Part shown: positions 1 through 9,597 of the stretch, piece by piece
Position numbering within the stretch: the stretch's first letter is position 1
How the letters are laid out: each line of letters begins with the position of its first letter
Notes under the pieces: model-generated
The model's database searches: none
Told to the model about the DNA's origin: nothing
Seen by the model: only the letters and a program-made list of their open reading frames with translations
Made by a program: the position numbers and the translations under genes
Source of the DNA: a plasmid
Strand: one strand, 5' to 3'
Assembly (NCBI RefSeq): GCF_054482595.1
Contig: NZ_JBTHVH010000004.1
DNA length: 64,000 bases

Positions 1-1121
1 GCACAGGAGCACCCTGCGCTGACCGGATCGGGCTAATGAACGTTATCTTGGCGGAAGGGATCAACCTCGGCTTGCGCAAAATGGCGGATGCGACAAACAC
101 CCACACCTTCTGGGAATTGATCCGCATTGGACGGTGGCATGTCGAGGGCGAAGCCTATGACCGGGCGCTGGCCATGGTGGTCGAGGCACAGGCAGCGTTA
201 CCCATGGCCCGGTTCTGGGGCATGGGCACGTCGGCTTCGAGCGACGGACAGTTCTTCGTCGCTACAGAGCAAGGTGAGGCCATGAACCTGGTCAACGCGA
301 AATATGGCAATACCCCGGGCCTGAAAGCCTATAGCCACGTCTCCGACCAATATGCGCCGTTCGCAACCCAGGTGATTCCTGCAACGGCAAGCGAAGCGCC
401 TTACATCCTCGATGGCCTGCTGATGAACGATGCTGGACGCCATATCCGCGAGCAGTTCACCGACACGGGCGGCTTCACCGATCACGTCTTTGCCGCATGT
501 GCCATTCTCGGCTACCGGTTCGCTCCGCGCATCCGCGACCTGCCATCCAAACGGCTCTACGCGTTCAATCCGTCGGCCGCCCCGGCGCACCTGCGAGCGT
601 TGATCGGCGGAAAGGTCAACCAAGCCATGATCGAGCGCAATTGGCCCGACATCCTGCGCATCGCCGCCACCATTGCTGCCGGGACCGTCGCGCCAAGCCA
701 GATTCTGCGGAAACTCGCCTCCTATCCGCGGCAGAACGAGCTCGCGACAGCCCTGCGGGAAGTCGGTCGCGTCGAGCGCACCCTGTTCATGATCGACTGG
801 ATTCTGGATGCCGAACTCCAACGGCGTGCCCAGATCGGGCTCAACAAAGGCGAAGCTCATCATGCGCTGAAGCGGGCAATCAGCTTCCACCGCCGCGGTG
901 AAATCCGCGACCGTTCCGCCGAAGGCCAGCATTACCGCATCGCCGGCATGAATCTGCTCGCCGCCATCATCATCTTCTGGAACACCATGAAGCTCGGCGA
1001 GGTCGTTGCAAACCAGAAACGCGATGGAAAGCTGCTATCGCCCGATCTCTTGGCCCATGTTTCGCCGCTCGGATGGGAACACATCAATCTCACCGGAGAA
1101 TATCGCTGGCCAAAGCCTTAG
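1..1121 (+). CDS. tnpA: Tn3-family transposase TnpA, C-terminal ~360 aa (Tn5393-type). The 5' end lies upstream of the window.
   Basis: Translation carries the DDE-transposase C-terminal signature (HYTDTGGFTDHVF ... [13 protein letters not shown]) and ends inside a Tn5393-type IR. Confidence 0.8.
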   Translation, partial: TGAPCADRIGLMNVILAEGINLGLRKMADATNTHTFWELIRIGRWHVEGEAYDRALAMVVEAQAALPMARFWGMGTSASSDGQFFVATEQGEAMNLVNAKYGNTPGLKAYSHVSDQYAPFATQVIPATASEAPYILDGLLMNDAGRHIREQFTDTGGFTDHVFAACAILGYRFAPRIRDLPSKRLYAFNPSAAPAHLRALIGGKVNQAMIERNWPDILRIAATIAAGTVAPSQILRKLASYPRQNELATALREVGRVERTLFMIDWILDAELQRRAQIGLNKGEAHHALKRAISFHRRGEIRDRSAEGQHYRIAGMNLLAAIIIFWNTMKLGEVVANQKRDGKLLSPDLLAHVSPLGWEHINLTGEYRWPKP

Positions 1122-1154
1122 CGTAGGATTCCGCCCCCTCCCGCAAACGACCCC
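1074..1154. repeat. Tn5393-type 81-bp terminal inverted repeat, tnpA-proximal, outer end at 1154
   Basis: The sequence ...ggccaaagccttagcgtaggattccgccccctcccgcaaacgacccc is the reverse complement of the repeat at 3255-3335. Confidence 0.7.
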
Positions 1155-1157
1155 GTG

Positions 1158-2066
1158 ATGACCCTGCAGGCATCCCCTGAGACCCGGTTAATGCGCGCCG
1201 AGGTGCAGCGGCATTATCCGCACATCTGGCAGGAGCTGGAGGGGCTGGCGCAGGGACTGGAGGCCACTGTTGATCAGGTCTTTGCCTGGAACTGCCGTGG
1301 CGATCTGGTGCGCTCAACGTCGGATGGCTGTACGACGGTGGCCGGGGTAAACGCCGCAGGCGAGCGGATTATCGCGCATAATGAAGACGGTTTTCCTCAG
1401 TTACGGGATGAATGCTTGCTGGCTACCATTACTCCGAGTCGCGGTCTGAGCTTTACGAGTTTTGCCTATCCGGGGTCGATTTGCGGCCACACCTTTGCGG
1501 TAAATGAAAAAGGTATCGTTAACACGGTGAATAACATCCGTGCAGTGTATCGTCCGCAGGGATTACCGCGTCAGATCCTGGCTCGCGCCTCGCTGAATGC
1601 GAACACCCTCGACGAGGCCATCACTATACTTACCGGCCAGCCGCGATCCGGGGCGTTTCACCATACGCTCGGGCAGCTGGGCGATGCGCGGCTGTTCAGC
1701 GTTGAGGCCACCGGTCAAGGCTGTTCCGTTCTACCCCTGACGACGGTAACCGGGCATGCCAACCATCTGGTGCATGCGGCACTGGCTGGCGTTGAGCAGA
1801 TCGTTACCGACAGTTCAGCGTCGCGGCAGTTACGCCTCGTGCAGTGGCGGGAAACGCAACCTCCGTTTGACGCCGCGGCGGCAAAAACCATTCTCTCAGA
1901 TACCCATGACGCAGAACTGCCAATTTACCGGCTGGCTGCCGACGATCCGGATGAGGAGAACACCCTCGCCACGGCAGTTTTCACCCTCGATGCCAACCAC
2001 GTCAGGTGGCAAATTTTCGACATTAACCGCGACGATGCTAAATTTCATGGAGAAGTGCGTGGGTGA
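1158..2066 (+). CDS. Hypothetical Ntn-hydrolase (peptidase C45 / acyl-CoA:6-APA acyltransferase-like)
   Basis: 302-aa ORF with a DG|CTT self-processing motif and NEDG further on. It starts directly at the IR outer end. Confidence 0.35.
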   Translation: MTLQASPETRLMRAEVQRHYPHIWQELEGLAQGLEATVDQVFAWNCRGDLVRSTSDGCTTVAGVNAAGERIIAHNEDGFPQLRDECLLATITPSRGLSFTSFAYPGSICGHTFAVNEKGIVNTVNNIRAVYRPQGLPRQILARASLNANTLDEAITILTGQPRSGAFHHTLGQLGDARLFSVEATGQGCSVLPLTTVTGHANHLVHAALAGVEQIVTDSSASRQLRLVQWRETQPPFDAAAAKTILSDTHDAELPIYRLAADDPDEENTLATAVFTLDANHVRWQIFDINRDDAKFHGEVRG

Positions 2067-2219
2067 AATAGCCGGTCGTCAGTCATAAAGGGCAGGGGAG
2101 TACCGTTGGCCCGGCGTTCGATAGTACCGTCCGGATACTGCCAGATATCGGCGTCCAGGGAGATGTCCTGAAGCGCGGTGTCCGGAATTTCAGGTTTGTG
2201 TCTCTACAAAGACTAACTA

Positions 2220-3035
2220 TCAGAAAAACTCATCGAGCATCAAATGAAACTGCAATTTATTCATATCAGGATTATCAATACCATATTTTTGAAAAAGCCG
2301 TTTCTGTAATGAAGGAGAAAATTCACCGAGGCAGTTCCATAGGATGGCAAGATCCTGGTATCGGTCTGCGATTCCGACTCGTCCAACATCAATACAACCT
2401 ATTAATTTCCCCTCGTCAAAAATAAGGTTATCAAGTGAGAAATCACCATGAGTGACGACTGAATCCGGTGAGAATGGCAAAAGCTTATGCATTTCTTTCC
2501 AGACTTGTTCAACAGGCCAGCCATTACGCTCGTCATCAAAATCACTCGCATCAACCAAACCGTTATTCATTCGTGATTGCGCCTGAGCGAGACGAAATAC
2601 GCGATCGCTGTTAAAAGGACAATTACTAACAGGAATCGAATGCAACCGGCGCAGGAACGCTGCCAGCGCATCAACAATATTTTCACCTGAATCAGGATAT
2701 TCTTCTAATACCTGGAATGCTGTTTTCCCGGGGAGCGCAGTGGTGAGTAACCATGCATCATCAGGAGTACGGATAAAATGCTTGATGGTCGGAAGAGGCA
2801 TAAATGCCGTCAGCCAGTTTAGTCTGACCATCTCATCTGTAACATCATTGGCAACGCTACCTTTGCCATGTTTCAGAAACAACTCTGGCGCATCGGGCTT
2901 CCCATACAATCGATAGATTGTCGCACCTGATTGCCCGACATTATCGCGAGCCCATTTATACCCATATAAATCAGCATCCAGGTTGGAATTTAATCGCGGC
3001 CTCGAGCAAGACGTTTCCCGTTGAATATGGCTCAT
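2220..3035 (-). CDS. aph(3')-Ia: Aminoglycoside 3'-phosphotransferase APH(3')-Ia (kanamycin/neomycin resistance, Tn903 type)
   Basis: 271-aa product MSHIQRETSCSRPRLNSNLDADLYGYKWARDNVGQSG...MLDEFF. Confidence 0.95.
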   Translation of the reverse strand: MSHIQRETSCSRPRLNSNLDADLYGYKWARDNVGQSGATIYRLYGKPDAPELFLKHGKGSVANDVTDEMVRLNWLTAFMPLPTIKHFIRTPDDAWLLTTALPGKTAFQVLEEYPDSGENIVDALAAFLRRLHSIPVSNCPFNSDRVFRLAQAQSRMNNGLVDASDFDDERNGWPVEQVWKEMHKLLPFSPDSVVTHGDFSLDNLIFDEGKLIGCIDVGRVGIADRYQDLAILWNCLGEFSPSLQKRLFQKYGIDNPDMNKLQFHLMLDEFF

Positions 3036-3139
3036 AACACCCCTTGTATTACTGTTTATGTAAGCAGACAGTTTTATTGTTCATGATGATATATTTTTAT
3101 CTTGTGCAATGTAACATCAGAGATTTTGAGACACAACGT
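3036..3139 (-). promoter_or_regulatory. Tn903 aphA1 upstream/promoter region
   Basis: Sequence ...gtgttatgagccat upstream block ttgcacaagataaaaatatatcatcatgaacaataaaactgtctgcttacataaacagtaatacaaggggtgt matches the classical kanR cassette leader. Confidence 0.45.
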
Positions 3140-3254
3140 GGATTTGTTGAATAAATCGAACTTTTGCTGAGTTGAAGGATCAGATCACGCATCTTCCCGA
3201 CAACGCAGACCGTTCCGTGGCAAAGCAAAAGTTCAAAATCACCAACTGGCCCAC
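3140..3254. mobile_element. IS903 terminal fragment (~115 bp including the IR)
   Basis: ggatttgttgaataaatcgaacttttgctgagttgaaggatcagatcacgcatcttcccgacaacgcagaccgttccgtggcaaagcaaaagttcaaaatcaccaactgg is the IS903 end. It is cut off by the Tn5393 IR. Confidence 0.6.
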
Positions 3255-3335
3255 CTACAATAAAGGGGTCGTTTGCGGGAGAGGGCGAAATCCTACGCTA
3301 AGGCTTTGGCCAACGATATTCTCCGGTAAGATTGA
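3255..3335. repeat. Tn5393-type 81-bp terminal inverted repeat, strB-proximal, outer end at 3255
   Basis: ggggtcgtttgcgggagagggcgaaatcctacgctaaggctttggccaacgatattctccgg... Confidence 0.7.
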
Positions 3336-3370
3336 TGTGTTCCCAGGGGATAGGAGAAGTCGCTTGATAT

Positions 3371-4207
3371 CTAGTATGACGTCTGTCGCACCTGCTTGAT
3401 CGCGGCCGCGATAGCTAGATCGCGTTGCTCCTCTTCTCCATCCGCGTTCCAAGCTGCGGAAAGGCACCCATAAGCGTACGCCTGGTCGAGCAGGCGACGC
3501 GGATCGACGTCCAGCGCACGAGAGAATGCGTCCGCCATCTGTGCAATGCGTCTAGGATCGAGACAAAGGTCGTCTCTGTCAGCCGGATCGTAGAACATAT
3601 TGGCGGCGCCAAAGCCCACTTCACCGACCAGACCGACGGGATCTATCACCAGCCAGCCGCGACTGGAGAACATGATGTTTTCATGATGCAGATCGCCATG
3701 TAGCCCACGCAGTTCCGAGGCATTGCTCATCATTTGATCGGCTATAATCGCCGCGTGGACGTAGTCAGTTTGACAACCTGCGTTTTGATCATCGCGCGCC
3801 CGCTGAAACAAAGCTGCAAAGCGATCCCGGATCGGGAGAAGGGCAGAAGGCAGGGGTTCCTCAGATGCGGCATACAGCTTCGCCATTAGTTCCGCTGCAA
3901 TTTCGGTCGCCTGGTAGTCGCCGTGCTCGGCAACGATGTGAGAGAGCATTCGCTCCCCGGCATATTCGAGCAACATCAGATTGTTCTCACGACCGAGCAA
4001 CCGGACTGCTCCCCTCCCATTGCGCCATACCAGATAGTCGGCCCCGCGCAGTTCATCAGCAATGTCTTCTATAGGTTTCAATTCCTTGACGATTGCAGGA
4101 GTCCCGTCTGGCAATGAAACTTTCCAAACGAGGCTGGAAAAGGTGTCCGCAATGAGAACAGGTTGCGAAACGTGCCAATGAGCAGGAAAAACAGGCGGCA
4201 TGAACAT
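3371..4207 (-). CDS. strB: Aminoglycoside 6-phosphotransferase APH(6)-Id (streptomycin resistance)
   Basis: 278-aa product MFMPPVFPAHWHVSQPVLIADTFSSLVWKVSLPDGTPAIVKELK... The ATG sits at 4205-4207 and overlaps the strA stop as ATGA. Confidence 0.95.
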   Translation of the reverse strand: MFMPPVFPAHWHVSQPVLIADTFSSLVWKVSLPDGTPAIVKELKPIEDIADELRGADYLVWRNGRGAVRLLGRENNLMLLEYAGERMLSHIVAEHGDYQATEIAAELMAKLYAASEEPLPSALLPIRDRFAALFQRARDDQNAGCQTDYVHAAIIADQMMSNASELRGLHGDLHHENIMFSSRGWLVIDPVGLVGEVGFGAANMFYDPADRDDLCLDPRRIAQMADAFSRALDVDPRRLLDQAYAYGCLSAAWNADGEEEQRDLAIAAAIKQVRQTSY

Positions 4208-5010
4208 CAACCCCAAGTCAGAGGGTCCAATCGCAGATAGAAGGCAAGGCGTTCGCGGTCGGGGGCTTCGATCCCCAATACATTGAATAGGACAGCGAAG
4301 GCGCGCTCTGCTTCATCTGGCGCTGCCCAGTTCTCTTCGGCGTTAGCAATCATGAGTGCCAAATCGGCATAGCGATCTGCTGTTCCGAGCCGCCCAAGGT
4401 CGATCAGACCCGTGCATTGAAGAGTTTTAGGGTCCACCATGAAGTTCGGCATGCAGGGATCACCATGGCAAACAACCATATCGGTGCGCTCTTGGTCGAG
4501 CCGCACCGGTAGCTCTCGTTCGACACGAGCCAAAAGATCGAGCTGCGGCGTACTCTTGTCCTCGTCCGGTAAGAAGTCGGGATTGACGGCATTGCGGGAC
4601 ACCACATCAACGGCGCGTCCGAACATTCGCGACAGCCTGCGCTCAAACGGACATTGATCAACCGATAGGCTGTGAACAGCGCCAAGTTGCTGCCCCATTG
4701 ACGGCCACGCTTTGAGCAAATCCGCTCCAGACAGATCAGCCGCCGGTACTCCCGGAATTGCCGTTATCACCAAGCATGCACCCTCCTGTTCCTCCTGCCA
4801 GTTGATCACCTCGGGGCAAGCCACACCTCGACCTTTGAGCCAAATGAGGCGGTCACGCTCTCCAGCGAGCTCACCGCGGCGGGAAGCAGGTGCGATTTTC
4901 GCGAAGGCATGCCCGTCACCACGTCGAAAAACAAAATCACCAGATTCTCCGCCTCTGACAGGCAACCAGTCAGAATGCGATTCACCAAAAAAAATATTAG
5001 TTCGATTCAA
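4207..5010 (-). CDS. strA: Aminoglycoside 3''-phosphotransferase APH(3'')-Ib (streptomycin resistance)
   Basis: 267-aa product (M/L)NRTNIFFGESHSDWLPVRGGESGDFVFRRGDGHAF... The start is a TTG at 5008-5010 with an aagga RBS. The listed 329-aa ORF is an upstream read-through. Confidence 0.9.
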   Translation of the reverse strand: MNRTNIFFGESHSDWLPVRGGESGDFVFRRGDGHAFAKIAPASRRGELAGERDRLIWLKGRGVACPEVINWQEEQEGACLVITAIPGVPAADLSGADLLKAWPSMGQQLGAVHSLSVDQCPFERRLSRMFGRAVDVVSRNAVNPDFLPDEDKSTPQLDLLARVERELPVRLDQERTDMVVCHGDPCMPNFMVDPKTLQCTGLIDLGRLGTADRYADLALMIANAEENWAAPDEAERAFAVLFNVLGIEAPDRERLAFYLRLDPLTWG

Positions 5011-5302
5011 TGGAGGTTCCTTCAGTTTTCTGATGAAGCGCGGAGGTGGCTCAACCTGCGAAAAGAAACGAGTTGCTATGGACTTGCACCGGTTGTGTTC
5101 CGGTCTATCTCTCATTTTAAGCGGCTTTTTTCTCAAATGCCACCGGCGATTTCCAGCCGAGTGTTGAATGTCTTCGGCGTGGATTATAAAAGCCATTTAC
5201 CCATATAATGCGCCTACTTATCAGCCTTTGGGACGTTGGGACGGTATTTTTCACTATATACCCCCAAGTTTTTAGACATGAAAAAAGGGTAATGACTCCA
5301 AC

Positions 5303-5806
5303 TTATTGATAGTGTTTTATGTTCAGATAATGCCCGATGACTTTGTCATGCAGCTCCACCGATTTTGAGAACGACAGCGACTTCCGTCCCAGCCGTGCCA
5401 GGTGCTGCCTCAGATTCAGGTTATGCCGCTCAATTCGCTGCGTATATCGCTTGCTGATTACGTGCAGCTTTCCCTTCAGGCGGGATTCATACAGCGGCCA
5501 GCCATCCGTCATCCATATCACCACGTCAAAGGGTGACAGCAGGCTCATAAGACGCCCCAGCGTCGCCATAGTGCGTTCACCGAATACGTGCGCAACAACC
5601 GTCTTCCGGAGCCTGTCATACGCGTAAAACAGCCAGCGCTGGCGCGATTTAGCCCCGACGTATCCCCACTGTTCGTCCATTTCCGCGCAGACGATGACGT
5701 CACTGCCCGGCTGTATGCGCGAGGTTACCGACTGCGGCCTGAGTTTTTTAAGTGACGTAAAATCGTGTTGAGGCCAACGCCCATAATGCGGGCTGTTGCC
5801 CGGCAT
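5303..5806 (-). CDS. insB: IS1 InsB' (expressed as an InsAB' frameshift fusion)
   Basis: 167-aa product ...[43 protein letters not shown]... Confidence 0.85.
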
Positions 5807-6000
5807 CCAACGCCATTCATGGCCATATCAATGATTTTCTGGTGCGTACCGGGTTGAGAAGCGGTGTAAGTGAACTGCAGTTGCCATGTTTTACGGCAGT
5901 GAGAGCAGAGATAGCGCTGATGTCCGGCGGTGCTTTTGCCGTTACGCACCACCCCGTCAGTAGCTGAACAGGAGGGACAGCTGATAGAAACAGAAGCCAC
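5725..6000 (-). CDS. insA: IS1 InsA
   Basis: 91-aa product [43 protein letters not shown]... Confidence 0.9.
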
Positions 6001-6055
6001 TGGAGCACCTCAAAAACACCATCATACACTAAATCAGTAAGTTGGCAGCATCACC

Positions 6056-6233
6056 CGACGCACTTTGCGCCGAATAAATACCTGTGACGGAAGATCACTT
6101 CGCAGAATAAATAAATCCTGGTGTCCCTGTTGATACCGGGAAGCCCTGGGCCAACTTTTGGCGAAAATGAGACGTTGATCGGCACGTAAGAGGTTCCAAC
6201 TTTCACCATAATGAAATAAGATCACTACCGGGC
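6056..6233. promoter_or_regulatory. Tn9 catA1 upstream/promoter fragment. The cat ORF itself is absent.
   Basis: cgacgcactttgcgccgaataaatacctgtgacggaagatcacttcgcagaataaataaatcctggtg...aagatcactaccgggcg immediately follows the IS1 end. Confidence 0.6.
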
Positions 6234-6801
6234 GCTGAGAGATCCCCTCATAATTTCCCCAAAGCGTAACCATGTGTGAATAAATTTTGAGCTAGTAGGG
6301 TTGCAGCCACGAGTAAGTCTTCCCTTGTTATTGTGTAGCCAGAATGCCGCAAAACTTCCATGCCTAAGCGAACTGTTGAGAGTACGTTTCGATTTCTGAC
6401 TGTGTTAGCCTGGAAGTGCTTGTCCCAACCTTGTTTCTGAGCATGAACGCCCGCAAGCCAACATGTTAGTTGAAGCATCAGGGCGATTAGCAGCATGATA
6501 TCAAAACGCTCTGAGCTGCTCGTTCGGCTATGGCGTAGGCCTAGTCCGTAGGCAGGACTTTTCAAGTCTCGGAAGGTTTCTTCAATCTGCATTCGCTTCG
6601 AATAGATATTAACAAGTTGTTTGGGTGTTCGAATTTCAACAGGTAAGTTAGTTGCTAGAACCCATGGCTCCTTTGCCGACGCTGAGTAGATTTTAGGTGA
6701 CGGGTGGTGACAATGAGTCCGTGTCGAGCGCTGATTTTTTCGGCCTTTAGAGCGAGATTTATACAATAGAATTTGGCATGAGATTGGATTGCTGGCACTG
6801 T
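6234..6801 (-). mobile_element. IS10 remnant (outside end plus the 3' part of tnp), cut by IS26
   Basis: The IS10 end reads ctgagagatcccctcataatttccccaaagcgtaaccatgtgtgaataaattttgagctagtagggttgcagccacgag. The transposase C-terminus ends ...HSGYTITREDLLVAATLLAQNLFTHGYALGKL. Confidence 0.7.
6248..6766 (-). pseudogene. IS10 transposase, C-terminal 172-aa fragment
   Basis: The translation matches the IS10/Tn10 transposase C-terminus. Confidence 0.7.
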
Positions 6802-7621
6802 TGCAAAGTTAGCGATGAGGCAGCCTTTTGTCTTATTCAAAGGCCTTACATTTCAAAAACTCTGCTTACCAGGCGCATTTCGCCCAGGGGATCACCATAA
6901 TAAAATGCTGAGGCCTGGCCTTTGCGTAGTGCACGCATCACCTCAATACCTTTGATGGTGGCGTAAGCCGTCTTCATGGATTTAAATCCCAGCGTGGCGC
7001 CGATTATCCGTTTCAGTTTGCCATGATCGCATTCAATCACGTTGTTCCGGTACTTAATCTGTCGGTGTTCAACGTCAGACGGGCACCGGCCTTCGCGTTT
7101 GAGCAGAGCAAGCGCGCGACCATAGGCGGGCGCTTTATCCGTGTTGATGAATCGCGGGATCTGCCACTTCTTCACGTTGTTGAGGATTTTACCCAGAAAC
7201 CGGTATGCAGCTTTGCTGTTACGACGGGAGGAGAGATAAAAATCGACAGTGCGGCCCCGGCTGTCGACGGCCCGGTACAGATACGCCCAGCGGCCATTGA
7301 CCTTCACGTAGGTTTCATCCATGTGCCACGGGCAAAGATCGGAAGGGTTACGCCAGTACCAGCGCAGCCGTTTTTCCATTTCAGGCGCATAACGCTGAAC
7401 CCAGCGGTAAATCGTGGAGTGATCGACATTCACTCCGCGTTCAGCCAGCATCTCCTGCAGCTCACGGTAACTGATGCCGTATTTGCAGTACCAGCGTACG
7501 GCCCACAGAATGATGTCACGCTGAAAATGCCGGCCTTTGAATGGGTTCATGTGCAGCTCCATCAGCAAAAGGGGATGATAAGTTTATCACCACCGACTAT
7601 TTGCAACAGTGCCACTTGACC
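6802..7621 (-). mobile_element. IS26 copy 1 (820 bp)
   Basis: 14-bp IRs ggcactgttgcaaa at 6802 and tttgcaacagtgcc ending at 7621. It carries tnp26. Confidence 0.95.
6846..7568 (-). CDS. tnp26: IS26 transposase Tnp26
   Basis: 240-aa product [59 protein letters not shown]... Confidence 0.95.
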   Translation of the reverse strand: MLMELHMNPFKGRHFQRDIILWAVRWYCKYGISYRELQEMLAERGVNVDHSTIYRWVQRYAPEMEKRLRWYWRNPSDLCPWHMDETYVKVNGRWAYLYRAVDSRGRTVDFYLSSRRNSKAAYRFLGKILNNVKKWQIPRFINTDKAPAYGRALALLKREGRCPSDVEHRQIKYRNNVIECDHGKLKRIIGATLGFKSMKTAYATIKGIEVMRALRKGQASAFYYGDPLGEMRLVSRVFEM

Positions 7622-7702
7622 TGATAGTTTGGCTGTGAGCAATTATGTGCTTAGTGCATCTAACGTCAAAATCAGCGGCGCGTTTTTATGCGTCCGCTGG
7701 AT

Positions 7703-8524
7703 TTACTTGTTGTGCGGCGTCGCAGACTCATTGAACAACCTTTTTGCCTGCGCAATTACAGTTCTCGGAAGCTCGATATTCAGAGGTTCTGTCACGCTCT
7801 TGAACAATTCGAGACTCCACGTCCACGTTTGATGATAGGCTGCACATAGTGCTCTTGGTTCTGCACTGCTTGTGCATGCCAGATAGCGATTATACGAGTC
7901 CTCCGAGATATCCTTTTCGAGCGCGCGTGAAGGTGTCGGCCAGTGGTCTGTTGCCCCTTCGTGGAGTCGAACCAGCTTGAGTAGGTTTTCATGTGCTTTG
8001 CTGAGCAAAGCCCAGGCGCGAGCGTACTCTCCCCGATTTAAAAGATTGGCCCCAAAGAGCATCAGGCTGATGAGGTTCAACACAAGCCCTTCCACCAGCG
8101 GCGCGCCTTCACGTATCGGGGGACCGCCCACGAGAGCGCTTGCGTACCTTGACAACTCTCCTGATCGGTCCAACAAAACAGCCGCCTCAAGCGAGGGAAA
8201 CCACCCATAGCCTTGCCAAGTGGAAATGACCGGTATGTCCGATTTTCGCATGAAATGGAATTCACCGCGAATGCCGTTTTCAAAAAGTGCGGTGTGGTGG
8301 CCGAAGTCGTCCGGAAAGTAAGCAGCAACCGGACTTACGGCATTAAGCCACGAGCGCTGATCGAAATTTTCAAAATGGTCATCCTGGATGAACACTGCGA
8401 ATTCGATATCAGAGAACTCGTCACCCTCTCCGATAGCAAATGAGCCGAACATCAATGCCGCGATTATTCGTGCATCCTCATGACAACCTTCCTTGAAGAG
8501 TTCGATCATTTTCAGTTGAAGCAT
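7703..8524 (-). CDS. lnu(F): Lincosamide nucleotidyltransferase Lnu(F), the second cassette
   Basis: 273-aa product MLQLKMIELFKEGCHEDARIIAALMFGSFAIGEGDEFSDIEF... with an aagga RBS. Confidence 0.85.
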   Translation of the reverse strand: MLQLKMIELFKEGCHEDARIIAALMFGSFAIGEGDEFSDIEFAVFIQDDHFENFDQRSWLNAVSPVAAYFPDDFGHHTALFENGIRGEFHFMRKSDIPVISTWQGYGWFPSLEAAVLLDRSGELSRYASALVGGPPIREGAPLVEGLVLNLISLMLFGANLLNRGEYARAWALLSKAHENLLKLVRLHEGATDHWPTPSRALEKDISEDSYNRYLACTSSAEPRALCAAYHQTWTWSLELFKSVTEPLNIELPRTVIAQAKRLFNESATPHNK

Positions 8525-8596
8525 AGAAATATCCTTTTATTGAAGCCACAGATTATGAGGAAAGGTATACGCAGATTTTTGTTTTTTTTCGTCAGC

Positions 8597-8655
8597 ACAA
8601 CGCCGGAGTTAAGCCGCCGCGCGTAGCGCGGTCGGCTTGAACGAATTGTTAGACA
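8597..8655 (-). other. attC of the aadA2 cassette
   Basis: gtctaacaattcgttcaagccgaccgcgctacgcgcggcggcttaactccggcgtt on the minus strand. Confidence 0.6.
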
Positions 8656-9447
8656 TTATTTGCCGATTACCTTGGTGATCTCGCCTTTCACGTAGTGGAC
8701 AAATTCTTCCAACTGATCTGCGCGCGAGGCCAAGCGATCTTCTTCTTGTCCAAGATAAGCCTGTCTAGCTTCAAGTATGACGGGCTGATACTGGGCCGGC
8801 AGGCGCTCCATTGCCCAGTCGGCAGCGACATCCTTCGGCGCGATTTTGCCGGTTACTGCGCTGTACCAAATGCGGGACAACGTAAGCACTACATTTCGCT
8901 CATCGCCAGCCCAGTCGGGCGGCGAGTTCCATAGCGTTAAGGTTTCATTTAGCGCCTCAAATAGATCCTGTTCAGGAACCGGATCAAAGAGTTCCTCCGC
9001 CGCTGGACCTACCAAGGCAACGCTATGTTCTCTTGCTTTTGTCAGCAAGATAGCCAGATCAATGTCGATCGTGGCTGGCTCGAAGATACCTGCAAGAATG
9101 TCATTGCGCTGCCATTCTCCAAATTGCAGTTCGCGCTTAGCTGGATAACGCCACGGAATGATGTCGTCGTGCACAACAATGGTGACTTCTACAGCGCGGA
9201 GAATCTCGCTCTCTCCAGGGGAAGCCGAAGTTTCCAAAAGGTCGTTGATCAAAGCTCGCCGCGTTGTTTCATCAAGCCTTACGGTCACCGTAACCAGCAA
9301 ATCAATATCGCTGTATGGCTTCAGGCCGCCATCCACTGCGGAGCCGTACAAATGCACGGCCAGCAACGTTGATTCCAGATGGCGCTCAATGACGCTTAGC
9401 ACCTCTGATAGTTGGTTCGAAATTTCGATGGTCACCGCTACCCTCAT
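8656..9447 (-). CDS. aadA2: Aminoglycoside (3'')(9) adenylyltransferase AadA2, the first cassette
   Basis: 263-aa product MRVAVTIEISNQLSEVLSVIERHLESTLLAVHLYGSAVDGGLKPYSDIDLLVTV...KVIGK. The listed 336-aa ORF reads through attI1. Confidence 0.9.
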   Translation of the reverse strand: MRVAVTIEISNQLSEVLSVIERHLESTLLAVHLYGSAVDGGLKPYSDIDLLVTVTVRLDETTRRALINDLLETSASPGESEILRAVEVTIVVHDDIIPWRYPAKRELQFGEWQRNDILAGIFEPATIDIDLAILLTKAREHSVALVGPAAEELFDPVPEQDLFEALNETLTLWNSPPDWAGDERNVVLTLSRIWYSAVTGKIAPKDVAADWAMERLPAQYQPVILEARQAYLGQEEDRLASRADQLEEFVHYVKGEITKVIGK

Positions 9448-9530
9448 GATGTCTAACTTTGTTTTAGGGCGACTGCCCTGCTGCGTAACATCGTTGCTGC
9501 TCCATAACATCAAACATCGACCCACGGCGT
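9448..9530 (-). other. attI1 recombination site region
   Basis: 5'-CS sequence ...gttagacatcatgagg / tgtttagggcgactgccctgctgcgtaacatcgttgct. Confidence 0.6.
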
Positions 9531-9597
9531 AACGCGCTTGCTGCTTGGATGCCCGAGGCATAGACTGTACCCCAAAAAAACAGTCATAACAAGCCAT

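Larger units (their letters stand above)
5288..6055 (-). mobile_element. IS1 (768 bp, complete)
   Basis: The ends read ggtaatgactccaacttattgat ... atcagtaagttggcagcatcacc. insA and insB' are present. Confidence 0.95.

Noticed and set aside
4207-5196. 329-aa ORF covering strA with a 62-aa N-terminal extension
   Set aside because: Canonical strA begins at the TTG at 5010 with its own RBS. The upstream extension has no coding support.
7023-7619. 198-349-aa ORFs starting [14 protein letters not shown]..., present at every IS26 copy (e.g. 9636-10307, 13022-13624, 16872-17579, 38380-38994, 45015-46064, 62770-63453)
   Set aside because: They are the antisense strand of tnp26 and recur identically only because IS26 recurs. 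The 349-aa version merely reads on through the ISEcl2 remnant. No independent support.
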